A stretch of 64,000 nucleotides of DNA from Eledone cirrhosa. Lineage: Eukaryota. The first letter of the stretch is position 1; every line of letters begins with the position of its first letter. Positions 63,066-64,000 of this stretch are shown here, piece after piece. The stretch is taken from assembly GCA_964016885.1 (NCBI GenBank), contig OZ024742.1, positions 38,068,001-38,132,000 on the forward strand, written 5' to 3'. The notes below the pieces were generated by a model. It saw nothing but the letters and a program-made list of their open reading frames with translations. It had not been told where the DNA came from and searched no databases. The position numbers and the translations under genes were made by a program.

Positions 63066-64000
63066 AAGGTAAGAAGAGTAAGTTTTGTGTTTAGTATTTA
63101 ATTGTGTTTATGTGTAAAATATATAACAAAAGTCAGGTATAAGAAAATAAAACTGTTTTTGGACAAATGATGACTAAACCATTTAGTCATACACCCAGAT
63201 TTAATGAACTTTAAGAAAATACTTCCGACACAGATATATAGGTTTTTAAACACCCAAACTTCAGAGATATGACCTAAAATCAAACTTTTGATGTAAGTCA
63301 AGCTTTATTAGATAAACTGTATATGAAAATAAAAACCAGAAAATGAGAAAATTTGGTCACAATTAAATTGATGTGAACAGATTAGAATCTACTAGAATCT
63401 GTTTATATACATTGTATGCTTCATGTAGGGTAAAGATATCAGAGCTAATTAGGTTTGAACATAATTTAACCAGCTAAGTATTACATATCTCTTGTCCTGA
63501 AACAAAAACATGTTATTCAAATTGAGGTTTCATTCGACCAGAGATAAATCTGTTGTTTTTATTCAAAGCAACAACAGCTCTTAGATAAGATCTACATCTT
63601 ATTAATTCTCTTGGGAGAAATAGGAGCCAAATCGTTTATCATTGGCTGGTTGTACCTGCTTTGCTGAACAAAATTAATCTCCTGCCTCCTCTAAATAATT
63701 CCTATCCTCCCAATAAGAATGCTATGTCATAAAATAATTTAACACAAATTAATATACAGTATAATTTCTATCAGTTACTAGTTTTGATTTCTTTATTCTT
63801 TGGAGTTGTTGATGTTTCTCTTATATTCTTAAACAATATTTGCACATATAGTAAACTCAGTTAGCTCTGTAGTTTATCAAAAGTGTGTAATACTAGCAGT
63901 TTTACCTCTTGGTAATCAAAGAATCTAGACGTTTGAGCATAAATGCTAAAAATGACTGCTATACATCTCATCGTACACAAAGTACAAGACAAACAGCTTT

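Overview
AT-rich, repeat-dense eukaryotic (animal) genomic DNA with one 200-N gap. The repeat landscape (tRNA-headed CORE- and Nin/Deu-type SINEs, RTE LINEs with (GAT)n tails, abundant microsatellites) resembles an octopod cephalopod; this is inference from recalled family features, not a database result. The only recognisable host coding sequence is the first coding exon of a liprin-beta (PPFIBP-type) gene on the minus strand (ATG 8690, donor after 8513). The rest of the window is probably intron or upstream region of that gene. Mobile DNA dominates: RTE LINEs (one lineage carries a C4HC3 PHD finger inserted inside the RT domain), a near-intact Tx1/L1-type ORF2 with a 21-bp TSD sitting in a SINE head, a CR1-type LINE, a CRE-type RLE fragment, a Penelope GIY-YIG fragment, mariner relics, a non-autonomous Helitron (two copies, one at the centre of a multi-element nest), piggyBac-, hAT- and pogo-type MITEs, and several SINE families that share the RTE 3' terminal stem-loop. 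All calls come from reading the sequence; boundaries of degenerate elements are approximate.
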